Shown here: positions 18,034 through 27,291 of the stretch, one piece after another
Layout of the letters: the number at the start of each line of letters is the position of its first letter
Position numbering within the stretch: the first letter of the stretch is position 1
Assembly (NCBI GenBank): GCA_963771005.1
Contig: CAVYRO010000008.1
Span: forward strand, 762,102 to 826,101
Reading direction: 5' to 3'
Origin: an uncultured Bacteroidales bacterium
GTDB lineage: Bacteria > Bacteroidota > Bacteroidia > Bacteroidales > GCA-2748055
DNA length: 64,000 nt
Notes under the pieces: generated by a model
Seen by the model: only the letters and a program-made list of their open reading frames with translations
What the model was told of the DNA's origin: nothing
Database searches by the model: none
Program-made: the position numbers and the translations under genes

Positions 18034-21000
18034 ATGAAAAACCTGAAGTTATTCATATTCATTTCTGGTTTGGTCTTATATTTTCTTCCGGGTGCGGTCG
18101 TAAATGCCCAGCCAAACAAAACCATTACAGGCAAAGTTACTGACACCAACAATGAAGTCATCATCGGTGCAACGATTTCGGCAACAGTTTCGGATAAAAT
18201 GGTTGGTGGCACTATATCGAATACCAGCGGGGAGTTTGAAATTTCAGTTCCCGAAGGAAGTATCCTGAAGGTCTCTTTTATAGGATACAAGCCTTATCAG
18301 GAAAAGGTGACAGAAGAAAAAGATGTATATAATGTAGTATTGGAAGAGGATGTAAAGTCTCTGGATGAAGTGGTAGTGGTTGGGTACGGAACTCAGAAAA
18401 GATCCGAATTAACAGGATCCATTTCATCGGTAAGTGCGGAAGATATACAGGATTTTTCATCCAACAGCCTTGCCGAATCACTAAGTGGTATGGCTGCAGG
18501 GGTCATGGTAACGAAAAGCGAGGGAACTCCCGGAAGTGAAGCGGACATCATTATTCGCGGTGCAGGTTCTCTCAATGGCATGGCTCCCTTATATGTTGTT
18601 GACGGGGTTCCTCAGGATGCCGGATTTAATTTTAACATGCGGGATGTTGAGTCCGTCGAGATTCTGAAAGATGCCGGGTCTGCAGCCATTTATGGTTCAC
18701 GCGCCGCAGGCGGAGTGATCCTTATCACAACAAGGCGGGGCAAAGAGGGAAGCAAACCTGCGATAAACCTTAATGCCCGTTCCGGCTTCCGCAATATTTA
18801 TACGGATATTAAACTATTGAACACCAAAGAATGGATACGTGCCAGGGATGCATTTGGCACAGGAAGCACGCTGGATGTTCTTGGTGCAAAAAATGTTGAT
18901 GATCTGCCCAATACCGACTGGATGGATGTAATGTTCGGAACCGGAATTGAACAGGAGTATAACCTTTCTGTCGCATCCGGCAATGAGAAAACCAACTTCT
19001 TTCTTTCAGCAGGTTATATGGGTGAAAAAGGCGTTTACCTGGATACACGCGCCGATCGTTTTTCTTTTCGAAACAATATCGATCATAAATTTAATGACCA
19101 TATTACCCTGGGTGAATCGATATATGGCAGCGCCGTGAAAACCAATCCGGCAACAACTTCTTCCATCTACAATCATACCATTCCTTTTCGTACCGTCCCG
19201 GTCTCCCCCGTCTATGATGAGAATGGAAATTATGCAAAGACAAATGACAAGGCGGGTAGCGGACCGAACTTCGCCGGACTGGAAGATGCATTCCATGTCT
19301 TCAACGATAATAACTATAACTTAAGTACCCAGGCATACCTTGCCATTAATTTCTTCGAGGGATTGGGCCTGAAGATTACCGGAGCCGGGGAATTCACAGG
19401 TTTCTCAAAAAATGATTTTACAGAATTCCGTGATTTCGGTCCTGTCCAGATAAGCCCCCAACATCTTAATTCCTATGCGGGTACCATGCAAAACCTGATG
19501 TTTAATTCTGTACTTACGTATAGCAAACAAATTAGTGATCATAATTTCAGGATAATGGCCGGTACCGAATTCTGGAAACTTGACGGATACAACCTGAATG
19601 TTACTTCATACGATTTCTCCATTCCGGTTGCTCAATCCATAGCTTTAGCTTCGGCCGGTCCCACCAAAGATGCTTATGATAATTTACCTGTTGAGCGCCG
19701 GGGATCTTATTTCGGACGGTTTAACTATAATTACCAGGGAAAATACCTGGTAACTGCTAATTTCCGTGCAGATGCTTCCGACCGTTTTGTAGGAAGCAAT
19801 CGCTGGGGTTACTTCCCTTCAATAAACGGCGGATGGCGTATCAGTAAAGAAAACTTTGTTCAGGCATTTACGAAAAACTGGCTGAATGATGCCAAAATAC
19901 GTGCCAGCTGGGGGATACTGGGTAACGACGTCAGCGTTCCGCAATTTATGTACCAGTCAACCTGGTCAGGAACCGGGATCAGTCATTCATTTGATGGGAC
20001 CTCCACGCAGCAAGCCGGTTACTGGCTGGCCGTTTTTGGAAATGAAAATTTAAAATGGGAAGAAATCACTCAGGTCGATCTGGGTTTGGATTTAAGCTTT
20101 TTCAGAAACCGGTTGACATTCTCGTATGATTATTATAACCGGCAGACAAGAGATATGCTTTATCGTGGCGATCTTCCTTTATCGTCAGGAATGAGTTACT
20201 ATTTCAGCAGTGATGACCCCGCTAACACAGTACCGGTATATTTCAATGCGGGACTGGTAGAAAATCTCGGACATGAATTCACGGTTGGCTGGAAAAACAA
20301 AAAACGCGACTTCTTTTACAGCATAACTACCAACGTATCCTTCAACTCGAACCTGGTTAAACAGGTCGGGGATGAACCGGGTGCAACACCCATCGATGAG
20401 GGGCTGAACAATGCCTGGAATTTGATCACACGTACACAGGACGGTTATCCCATGAGCATGTTTTATGGTTATGAAGTTATTGGCATATTCCGGAACCAGG
20501 AACAGGTTGATCAATATAATCAGGCAGCCCTGAATGCCTGGCGGGCGGATAATCCCGATCATACCAGTTTTGATCCGGAAACCGGTCAGCCGTTGAACCT
20601 GGATGGCCAGCCCATAGGAATTTATTATCAGAAAAAGCAAACAGGAATAGGAGATTTAATATTTGACGACAACGGGGAAGGAAGAGTCACCCCGCTTTCT
20701 CGCAAGTTCATCGGTAACCCGTGGCCTAAGATGTTCCTGGGCCTCAATATAAACCTGGAATATAAAAGGTTTGATCTAAGTGCGGTTTTCCAGGGAGCAT
20801 TCGGTTTCGATATTATGAACCTGGTAAAACCCTATACACAGATGTTTAGTTCCGACAATACTACAGCAGATATTTTCAAAACATCCGGATTTGGTGTCGG
20901 CAATGATAAAGTTACCGCTTATCCCCGCGTAGGATACGTGGATGAGAACGGTTCATTTATTGGCGACGGGGCAGCCAATAAAAACTATTCGACCGTGTCG

Positions 21001-21258
21001 GGGTATATGGTGGAAAAAGGGGATTACCTCAAATTAAAAAACCTGTCACTGGGCTATAACCTGCCTGACAAGTTAGGTCAGAAAGCAGGAATGAACAAAG
21101 CGCGCTTATATGTCAGTATTCAAAATGCTTTCACCCTGACAGGATATTCGGGCATAGATCCGGAAATTGGTGGCGGGGTGCTTATGCGGGGAATTGACCA
21201 TCAAAATCGCTACCTGCCCTCACGTTTGATCTCATTTGGGATCGACCTTACTTTTTGA
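18034..21258 (+). CDS. SusC/RagA-family TonB-dependent outer-membrane transporter (PUL 1)
   Basis: 1074 aa. CarboxypepD_reg-like ITGKVTD..., plug LDEVVVVGYGTQKRSELTGSISSV, and the terminal beta-strand ...SFGIDLTF. Confidence 0.95.
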   Translation: MKNLKLFIFISGLVLYFLPGAVVNAQPNKTITGKVTDTNNEVIIGATISATVSDKMVGGTISNTSGEFEISVPEGSILKVSFIGYKPYQEKVTEEKDVYNVVLEEDVKSLDEVVVVGYGTQKRSELTGSISSVSAEDIQDFSSNSLAESLSGMAAGVMVTKSEGTPGSEADIIIRGAGSLNGMAPLYVVDGVPQDAGFNFNMRDVESVEILKDAGSAAIYGSRAAGGVILITTRRGKEGSKPAINLNARSGFRNIYTDIKLLNTKEWIRARDAFGTGSTLDVLGAKNVDDLPNTDWMDVMFGTGIEQEYNLSVASGNEKTNFFLSAGYMGEKGVYLDTRADRFSFRNNIDHKFNDHITLGESIYGSAVKTNPATTSSIYNHTIPFRTVPVSPVYDENGNYAKTNDKAGSGPNFAGLEDAFHVFNDNNYNLSTQAYLAINFFEGLGLKITGAGEFTGFSKNDFTEFRDFGPVQISPQHLNSYAGTMQNLMFNSVLTYSKQISDHNFRIMAGTEFWKLDGYNLNVTSYDFSIPVAQSIALASAGPTKDAYDNLPVERRGSYFGRFNYNYQGKYLVTANFRADASDRFVGSNRWGYFPSINGGWRISKENFVQAFTKNWLNDAKIRASWGILGNDVSVPQFMYQSTWSGTGISHSFDGTSTQQAGYWLAVFGNENLKWEEITQVDLGLDLSFFRNRLTFSYDYYNRQTRDMLYRGDLPLSSGMSYYFSSDDPANTVPVYFNAGLVENLGHEFTVGWKNKKRDFFYSITTNVSFNSNLVKQVGDEPGATPIDEGLNNAWNLITRTQDGYPMSMFYGYEVIGIFRNQEQVDQYNQAALNAWRADNPDHTSFDPETGQPLNLDGQPIGIYYQKKQTGIGDLIFDDNGEGRVTPLSRKFIGNPWPKMFLGLNINLEYKRFDLSAVFQGAFGFDIMNLVKPYTQMFSSDNTTADIFKTSGFGVGNDKVTAYPRVGYVDENGSFIGDGAANKNYSTVSGYMVEKGDYLKLKNLSLGYNLPDKLGQKAGMNKARLYVSIQNAFTLTGYSGIDPEIGGGVLMRGIDHQNRYLPSRLISFGIDLTF

Positions 21259-21264
21259 CAAAGT

Positions 21265-21343
21265 AAAGGCGAAAGGAGAAAGGCGAAAGGCGAAAGGGCC
21301 CTCGGAGAGGCAAGGAGAAAGGAGAAAGGCGAAAGGCGAAAGT
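21265..21343. repeat. Hexamer/heptamer word repeat (gaaagg / cgaaagg) in two ~33-bp direct halves
   Basis: aaaggcgaaaggagaaaggcgaaaggcgaaaggg ... caaggagaaaggagaaaggcgaaaggcgaaagtgg. It lies in the susC-susD intergenic spacer. Confidence 0.9.
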
Positions 21344-21442
21344 GGAGGAATAGGACCAGGGGGGTGATGAACGGAGCTGGAGAGAATAAACAAATAAACA
21401 TATCTGAAAAGCGAAACTTTATTAGATGACAAAGTAAGCAAT

Positions 21443-23299
21443 ATGAAAAAGGCCATATATATTATCCTGATAATGTCATTTGCGGGTTGCAAGGATTTCT
21501 ATGAAATTTCGAACCCGCAGACCCTGTCGACCGATAATTTTCCGGCTACGATTGATCAGGTAGATCTGGTCCTGACTTCGAGTTATGCAGGCCCCTACGG
21601 AATCGGACTTTATTCGTTTTACTGGTTTCCCATGGGGATCTATTTGTTTGATCATACCACCAATACCTATGGATCCTACGACGAACGTGGCACCCAGATG
21701 GATAATTACACGGACCTCAACAGCCGGTATACCACGCAGATGTATGTTGATATTTGCAAATGGGCAAATTTGTCGACCACAGCCATTGAGGCAATAGATC
21801 ACTACGAGGAAACGAATGCAAAAACAGAGGAAATGGAGCAACTCGGTTATATGCGGGGCCAGGCTCTTTTCAACCGTGCCCTTGCCTACTGGCATGCACA
21901 GCTGTTTTTCGAAATTGATCCTGAGGGTCTGGGTTTCCCTATCTTCGATGTGGTGGCAACCGACCTGGAGGGTATGAAAAGGAAACGAGCTACGGTAACA
22001 GACACATGGGATTTTGTCATAAATGACCTCGAGACAGCCATCCCTCTCTTAACCGGCCATCATGACAAATACCGCGCCTCTGAATGGGCGGCTAAAGGCT
22101 TACTGGCAAAAGTATATATGCAGTCGCTTTCTATTTTTCCGGAAAACAAGAATAAGGCTGCAGACCTCCTGGAGGATATCATTAATAACAGCGGTAAACA
22201 GTTGGTCTCCCCTGAAATTTACCAGGATATGTTTTACGGAAATGTACTGAATGAATTCAATTCTGAATCCCTGTATGAACTCAGCATGACTACGAACTGG
22301 AATCAGAACGGTCCATGGGCGGGTTATACAACCGGCAGTGGAATGCCCATGGTAATGGCTCCCTGGTATATGGATCTGACGATCCGTTTCAGGCCGGGTA
22401 TAGAAGGAGCCGTCGATCCTTTGACCCGGGAGCTGGATGTGATCACTTCGAAAAAGAGCAGCGAGTGGGGAAATAATTTCATTCATGATGCCAATATAAA
22501 ACGTTTTGGGTTCGAGGGAATTGATGGCGATACCGTACCCAGAAGGACGCTGAATCCTGATTATAACCCCTCTTTACCCCGTTCTGCAGATAATTATCCG
22601 TACAGGACACAGGATCCCGATTACCGTGAAAAGAGCCTCAACCTGAAAAATAACAAAGACCTCGTGGATCCGCGTTTAATGCTTTGTGCAGGCCAGCCGT
22701 ATGTGGATGAATATATCGACGACAAAGGCAATAGAACATATTACGACAGGTCGCTGGAAGTAAACAACCGCCCCGATCTTATAACCTGGCAACACCGTAA
22801 ATTCACGAATATTCGCGGTGTTGAAACCGGACCTGCTCCTTATGGGAAAAACGAAAGCAGCGATGCGAATTATCCGGTAATCCGGCTTGCAGATATTTAT
22901 CTTCTCTATGCTGAACTGATAAAGGATGATAATCCTTCCCTGGCATTGGAATATATAAATAAAGTCCATAGAAGGGCGTATGGGTATTCACCGGATTCGC
23001 CCAGCCCATACGATTATGCCAGCCTGAACGATCGCACCAAAACTGCCGGGGAGAATGATCATCTTGCGAACGATGTTCTTAAGTATGAACGCTGGGCAGA
23101 GCTGTTTGCAGAAGGACAGTGGTGGTGGGATGTAAGAAGATGGAAGATAGGCCCGGCAGAGGCAGATTTTTATGTTGAAACCAGGCATGGAGACATAACC
23201 TGGAAAGGCGATGAATCTTATGTCCAGCCTATTCCGCAACTGGAGCTGGAAAGAAATGAAAATATTCAGCAATCCAGGGGATATCCGGGGGTTAGGTAG
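21443..23299 (+). CDS. SusD/RagB-family nutrient-binding outer-membrane lipoprotein (PUL 1)
   Basis: 618 aa. Lipoprotein signal ILIMSFAGCKD. TPR-like SusD pattern (RALAYWHAQLFF, RLADIYLLYAE, RWAELFAEGQWWWDVRRW). Positioned directly after the susC-like gene. Confidence 0.9.
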   Translation: MKKAIYIILIMSFAGCKDFYEISNPQTLSTDNFPATIDQVDLVLTSSYAGPYGIGLYSFYWFPMGIYLFDHTTNTYGSYDERGTQMDNYTDLNSRYTTQMYVDICKWANLSTTAIEAIDHYEETNAKTEEMEQLGYMRGQALFNRALAYWHAQLFFEIDPEGLGFPIFDVVATDLEGMKRKRATVTDTWDFVINDLETAIPLLTGHHDKYRASEWAAKGLLAKVYMQSLSIFPENKNKAADLLEDIINNSGKQLVSPEIYQDMFYGNVLNEFNSESLYELSMTTNWNQNGPWAGYTTGSGMPMVMAPWYMDLTIRFRPGIEGAVDPLTRELDVITSKKSSEWGNNFIHDANIKRFGFEGIDGDTVPRRTLNPDYNPSLPRSADNYPYRTQDPDYREKSLNLKNNKDLVDPRLMLCAGQPYVDEYIDDKGNRTYYDRSLEVNNRPDLITWQHRKFTNIRGVETGPAPYGKNESSDANYPVIRLADIYLLYAELIKDDNPSLALEYINKVHRRAYGYSPDSPSPYDYASLNDRTKTAGENDHLANDVLKYERWAELFAEGQWWWDVRRWKIGPAEADFYVETRHGDITWKGDESYVQPIPQLELERNENIQQSRGYPGVR

Positions 23300-23320
23300 G
23301 AGATTTGGAGGACGGTTTTG

Positions 23321-23402
23321 TTTAAGGATTGTTTGAGGTTGTTTGAAATGGTTTGAAATGGTTTGAAATGGTTTTTAAGAGGAACACGGATTTGACGGAT
23401 TT
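23321..23402. repeat. Mini decamer array (gtttgaaatg x3 plus variants) followed by the 26-mer aagaggaacacggatttgacggattt
   Basis: The units are the reverse complement of the array-A unit. The 26-mer at 23377..23402 is identical to 5296..5321. Confidence 0.9.
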
Positions 23403-23404
23403 AG

Positions 23405-23430
23405 ACGGATTCCGATGGCTATCGGAACGG
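23405..23430 (+). repeat. 26-bp direct repeat, left copy (acggattccgatggctatcgGaacgg)
   Basis: Matches 23870..23895 at 25 of 26 positions. The two copies bracket array B plus head B. Confidence 0.9.
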
Positions 23431-23750
23431 GTTTAATGGTTTGAAATGGTTTGAAATGGTTTGAAATGGTTTGAGAAGGTTTGATGTTGTTTGATGTTGT
23501 TTGATGTTGTTTGATGTTGTTTGATGTTGTTTGATGTTGTTTGATGTTGTTTGATATTGTTTGATATTGTTTGATATTGTTTGATGTTGTTTGATGTTGT
23601 TTGATGTTGTTTGATGTATGTTTGATGTTGTTTGATGTTGTTTGATGTTGTTTGATGTTGTTTGATGTTGTTTGATGTTGTTTGATATTGTTTGATATTG
23701 TTTGATGTTGTTTGATGTTATTTGATGTTGTTTGATGTTGTTTGATGTTG
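23431..23750 (-). repeat. 10-bp tandem array B, about 32 units (plus strand gtttgatgtt / gtttgatatt; first units gtttgaaatg)
   Basis: The column-aligned decamers are visible in the text. One 11-nt unit near 23611 shifts the register. Confidence 0.95.
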
Positions 23751-23871
23751 TTTCAGGTTCGAATGTATCAGATGGTTTGTTCGGGAAGCCTCCGTAGGTG
23801 GCTGATATCGATAGCCAAATATGAATGCGCGTCCCGGCGCTCCGTAGGTGCGCAACATGAATGTAGAACAC
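23740..23871 (-). repeat. Conserved 132-nt 'head' element, copy B (inverted relative to copy A)
   Basis: The reverse complement aligns base-for-base with 5428..5558 (see copy A). Confidence 0.85.
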
Positions 23872-23895
23872 GGATTCCGATGGCTATCGTAACGG
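23870..23895 (+). repeat. 26-bp direct repeat, right copy (acggattccgatggctatcgTaacgg)
   Basis: See 23405..23430. It overlaps the last 2 nt of head B. Confidence 0.9.
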
Positions 23896-23992
23896 ATTTT
23901 GACGGGTGATCACGGATGGAATTGTTTGATGATGTTTGAGAAGTTGTTCGGGGATTTTTTTTGTTTAAACCACTTATACCCTTCGAAAGGCA

Positions 23993-24019
23993 CCCCCCTC
24001 GCTCTTCAGGAGAGGGGGG
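23993..24019. repeat. GC-rich hairpin (cccccct / agggggg) of the REP type common in Bacteroidota intergenic DNA
   Basis: 7-bp C/G stem with a 13-nt loop, followed by ccgggggggtgagg. Confidence 0.45.
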
Positions 24020-24252
24020 CCGGGGGGGTGAGGTGTACGGGAGGATGGATATGGAATGCAGGAGGATCAATGTAAAAGTTCAGATGGTTTCCATTTTCAC
24101 AGCCTGGTATTTATTTACAAATTCAGATATAGAATAAACCTGGTTAATCCAACTTTTTAATCATTGACTTTTCATATACTCTACGCTTGCCCGTAATGCG
24201 CAGGCTTAACATTCTTGTTGCTTTATTTGTGATGTAAAACTTATTTAAGTAA

Positions 24253-26261
24253 ATGAAAAACAGGTTACAAGCAATCGTTTATGTTGTAATAATCTCAGGT
24301 TTCCTATTTTCATGCAACACCCGTAGGCTACAGGTTAGTTCCCCGGACAATACGGTCAAAGTCCTGTTCTCCCTGGTCGACGGTAAACCTCAATACACGA
24401 TAGCCAAAAACGGGAAAACCATAATTGAACCTTCAGCGATGGGATTTGATATCATGCATCATACCGATGGCCATACCCGCTATTATCTATTGTCTTTCGG
24501 GCAAGATTCAAAAAGAGAAACGTGGGAACAACCCTGGGAGAATTCAGATATGTTGAAGACTGGCACAATGAGTTGACCATTCATTTAAAAGAAAAAGGCG
24601 GTAAAAATATTTTAATGGATATTCATTTCCGGGTTTTTAACGATGGAGTGGGTTTCAGGTATACTTTCCCAAAACAGCCTGAACTTGATTCGGTTGTAAT
24701 TACAGATGAGCTGACTCAATTCACTTTTCCTGAAGAACACCAGGTGTGGTGGATCCCGGTGCATTCTGAGAACAGTTATTATGAAAGTCTATACCGTAAA
24801 AATCTTATTAGCGATACCGATACGATTAACACTCCGGCCACTTTTGAAACCGCCGCGGGTCTTTATTTAGCCATTCACGAGGCAAATCTCACCGATTTTG
24901 CATCTATGACACTCAAAAAAATCAACGCTAAACAATATGTGAGCCAGCTCGTCCCATGGTCTGACGGGGTGAAAGTCTATGCGAAAACCCCCTTCGAGAG
25001 TCCCTGGAGAACCCTCATTATCGGAGAGAAACCGGGTGACCTTGTTACTTCGACATTAATGCTCAATCTGAACGATCCCTGTAAACTGGCGGATGTTTCC
25101 TGGATTGAACCTTCCAAATACATAGGGATCTGGTGGGGTATGCACCTTGGGAAATATACCTGGGGACAGGGACCACTCCATGGTGCAACTACGGAAAATG
25201 TAATGAAGTATATTGATTTTGCAAGTGAAAACGGATTTGACGGTGTGCTGGCAGAAGGGTGGAATCAGGGCTGGGATGGTGATTGGTCGGTTGATGGCAC
25301 TAAATTCAGTTTTACCGAAAGTTATCCTGATTTCGATAGGGAAAGGATCACATCTTACGCTGCCGTCAAAAATGTTCGTTTAATAGGTCACAATGAAACC
25401 GGGGGTGCAGTTACGAATTATGAAAACCAGCTGGAGGAGGCTTTTGCACAATACCATCATTATGGAGTGAATGCGGTCAAAACAGGTTATGTAAATAAAT
25501 ATCTCGATGGTACGGAGTGGCATGATAGTCAGTTTGGGGTGCGACACTACCGGAAAGTTCTGGAAACCGCAGCAAAATACCATATCATGATCGACAATCA
25601 TGAACCGGTGAAAGGAACCGGATTTCAACGTACTTACCCCAATCTTATGACACAGGAAGGTGGAAGAGGTCAGGAATATGATGCCTGGTCAGCCGATGGG
25701 GGAAATCCTCCTTCGCATACAACAATTCTGCCTTTTACAAGAATGCTGGCCGGTCCTTTCGATTTCACCCCCGGCACTTTTAATTTCGACTACAGCGCGG
25801 TTAAAGGAACAAGGGTAAATACTACCCTGGCTAAGCAGCTGGCTTTATATGTGATCATCTTTAGTCCCCAACAAATGGCTTCCGATCTGCCTGAAAATTA
25901 TGAGGGAAATCCTGCCTTTGAGTTCATAAAACAGGTTCCCTGTAACTGGTCCGATACCAGGGTTATAAATGCGGAGATCGGAAAATTTGTGACCATTGCC
26001 CGAAAAGACCGTGACAGTGATGAATGGTATGTGGGAAGCATAACTAATGAGGAGGCGAGAACCCTTGAGATGGATCTAACCTTCCTGGATGAGAGCAGAG
26101 ACTACAGGGCCGAAATATATGCGGATGGTGATGGTGCCGATTACCGCACCCATCCCGAACCTGTGAAAATGACCACCCGGATGGTTGATTCAGGAACGCG
26201 TTTGAAACTCGAACTGGCACCGGGAGGTGGTACGGCGATACGTTTTGTACCTCTGCCGTGA
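24253..26261 (+). pseudogene. GH97 alpha-glucosidase (SusB-like) interrupted by a 1-nt frameshift
   Basis: ORF 24253..24576 carries the lipoprotein signal plus the GH97 N-terminus. ORF 24522..26261 carries FRVFNDGVGFRY, LAEGWNQGWDGDW and IDNHEPVKGTGFQRTYPNLMTQEGGRGQEY. The two frames join at ccctgggagaattc (24533..24546); one extra G would give ...EQPWGEFRYVEDWHNEL. Confidence 0.75.
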
Positions 26262-26469
26262 AAAAAGCAAATACAAACAAATTCCCACGCTACATCCCGA
26301 ATCCTAAAGTGAAAACCAATAACTCAGCCTGACCAGGAATATGTTCCCTGGACAAAGATTGAAAAGTCATTTACCCGAATCGGTGAACGAGCAGTGGGGA
26401 TCATCGTTATAACGCGGATTTGAATCAATTTGAAGAGGTGCTTGAAGAATTACAAAATTGATGTGGTCT

Positions 26470-26503
26470 AAACCTGACAGATTTTGAAAACTTGTCAGGT
26501 TTC
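26470..26503. other. Perfect 10-bp-stem hairpin (aaacctgaca / tgtcaggttt) about 80 bp upstream of the TA-like pair
   Basis: Arms at 26470..26479 and 26494..26503, with a 14-nt loop. Confidence 0.6.
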
Positions 26504-26558
26504 GAAACAAACAGAACACATCATTATTTGTACTATACTTATTATCAGCTTTTTTTTG

Positions 26559-26566
26559 TATTTTTG
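26559..26566 (+). promoter_or_regulatory. Candidate -7 box TATTTTTG (TAnnTTTG) for the DUF433/DUF5615 operon
   Basis: It ends 17 nt upstream of the ATG at 26584. No well-spaced -33 TTTG is present. Confidence 0.3.
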
Positions 26567-26583
26567 AGGATAAAACATTTCTC

Positions 26584-26805
26584 ATGTCACTTAGTGAAAG
26601 GATAACAATAGAACCGGGTAAACGAGGTGGGAAACCTTGTATAAGAGGAATGAGGATTACCGTTCAGGATATTTTAGAGTACCTGGCATCGGGCATGACT
26701 ATTGATGAAATTCTGGATGATTTTCCATATTTAGAAAAAGAGGATATCCTTGCAAGTCTCAGTTTTGCAGCTCATAAAGAGCAAAATGAAACCTATGGGT
26801 CATGA
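26584..26805 (+). CDS. DUF433-family small protein (antitoxin-like partner)
   Basis: 73 aa. ITIEPGKRGGKPCIRGMRITVQDILEYLASGMTIDEIL.DFPYLEKEDI is the DUF433 signature as I recall it. Confidence 0.8.
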   Translation: MSLSERITIEPGKRGGKPCIRGMRITVQDILEYLASGMTIDEILDDFPYLEKEDILASLSFAAHKEQNETYGS

Positions 26806-27131
26806 AACTGTTAATTGACCAGAATCTTTCTCCTAAATTAGTTAATAATTTCAGAGATTTATTCCCAGAAAGTAAGCATGTTTCAAATATTGGACTCGAT
26901 AAATCTCCAGATACTGAAATTTGGGATTATGCAAAAAACAATGGCTTTATAATTCTCTCAAAAGATACAGATTTTATTAACATTAATGCACTTAGAGGTT
27001 TTCCACCTAAGATTATCTGGCTAAAACATAAAAACTGTTCTACCTTTGAAATCATTAGAATAGTCCAAAATAGTCTGCACTACATTCAGAATTTTGATAA
27101 GGACAATAATGGAATACTCATTCTTAGATAG
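26802..27131 (+). CDS. DUF5615-family PIN-like putative nuclease (toxin-like partner)
   Basis: 109 aa. MKLLIDQNLSPKL...DTEIWDYAKNNGFIILSKDTDF. It has a 4-bp ATGA overlap with the DUF433 gene. Confidence 0.75.
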   Translation: MKLLIDQNLSPKLVNNFRDLFPESKHVSNIGLDKSPDTEIWDYAKNNGFIILSKDTDFININALRGFPPKIIWLKHKNCSTFEIIRIVQNSLHYIQNFDKDNNGILILR

Positions 27132-27291
27132 CACCATTTATTTCTGATTAAGGGCAAATTGTCACCGCAATTATACTTAATTATCATCCCTTTATAGCTG
27201 ACCGTGATGTGCCATACCATGGAAAGCAGGCTGAGGGCCCCAAGCAGGATGGCCACAAAGGCAGAAGTCTTAAGACTCTTCATTCGTCGGA

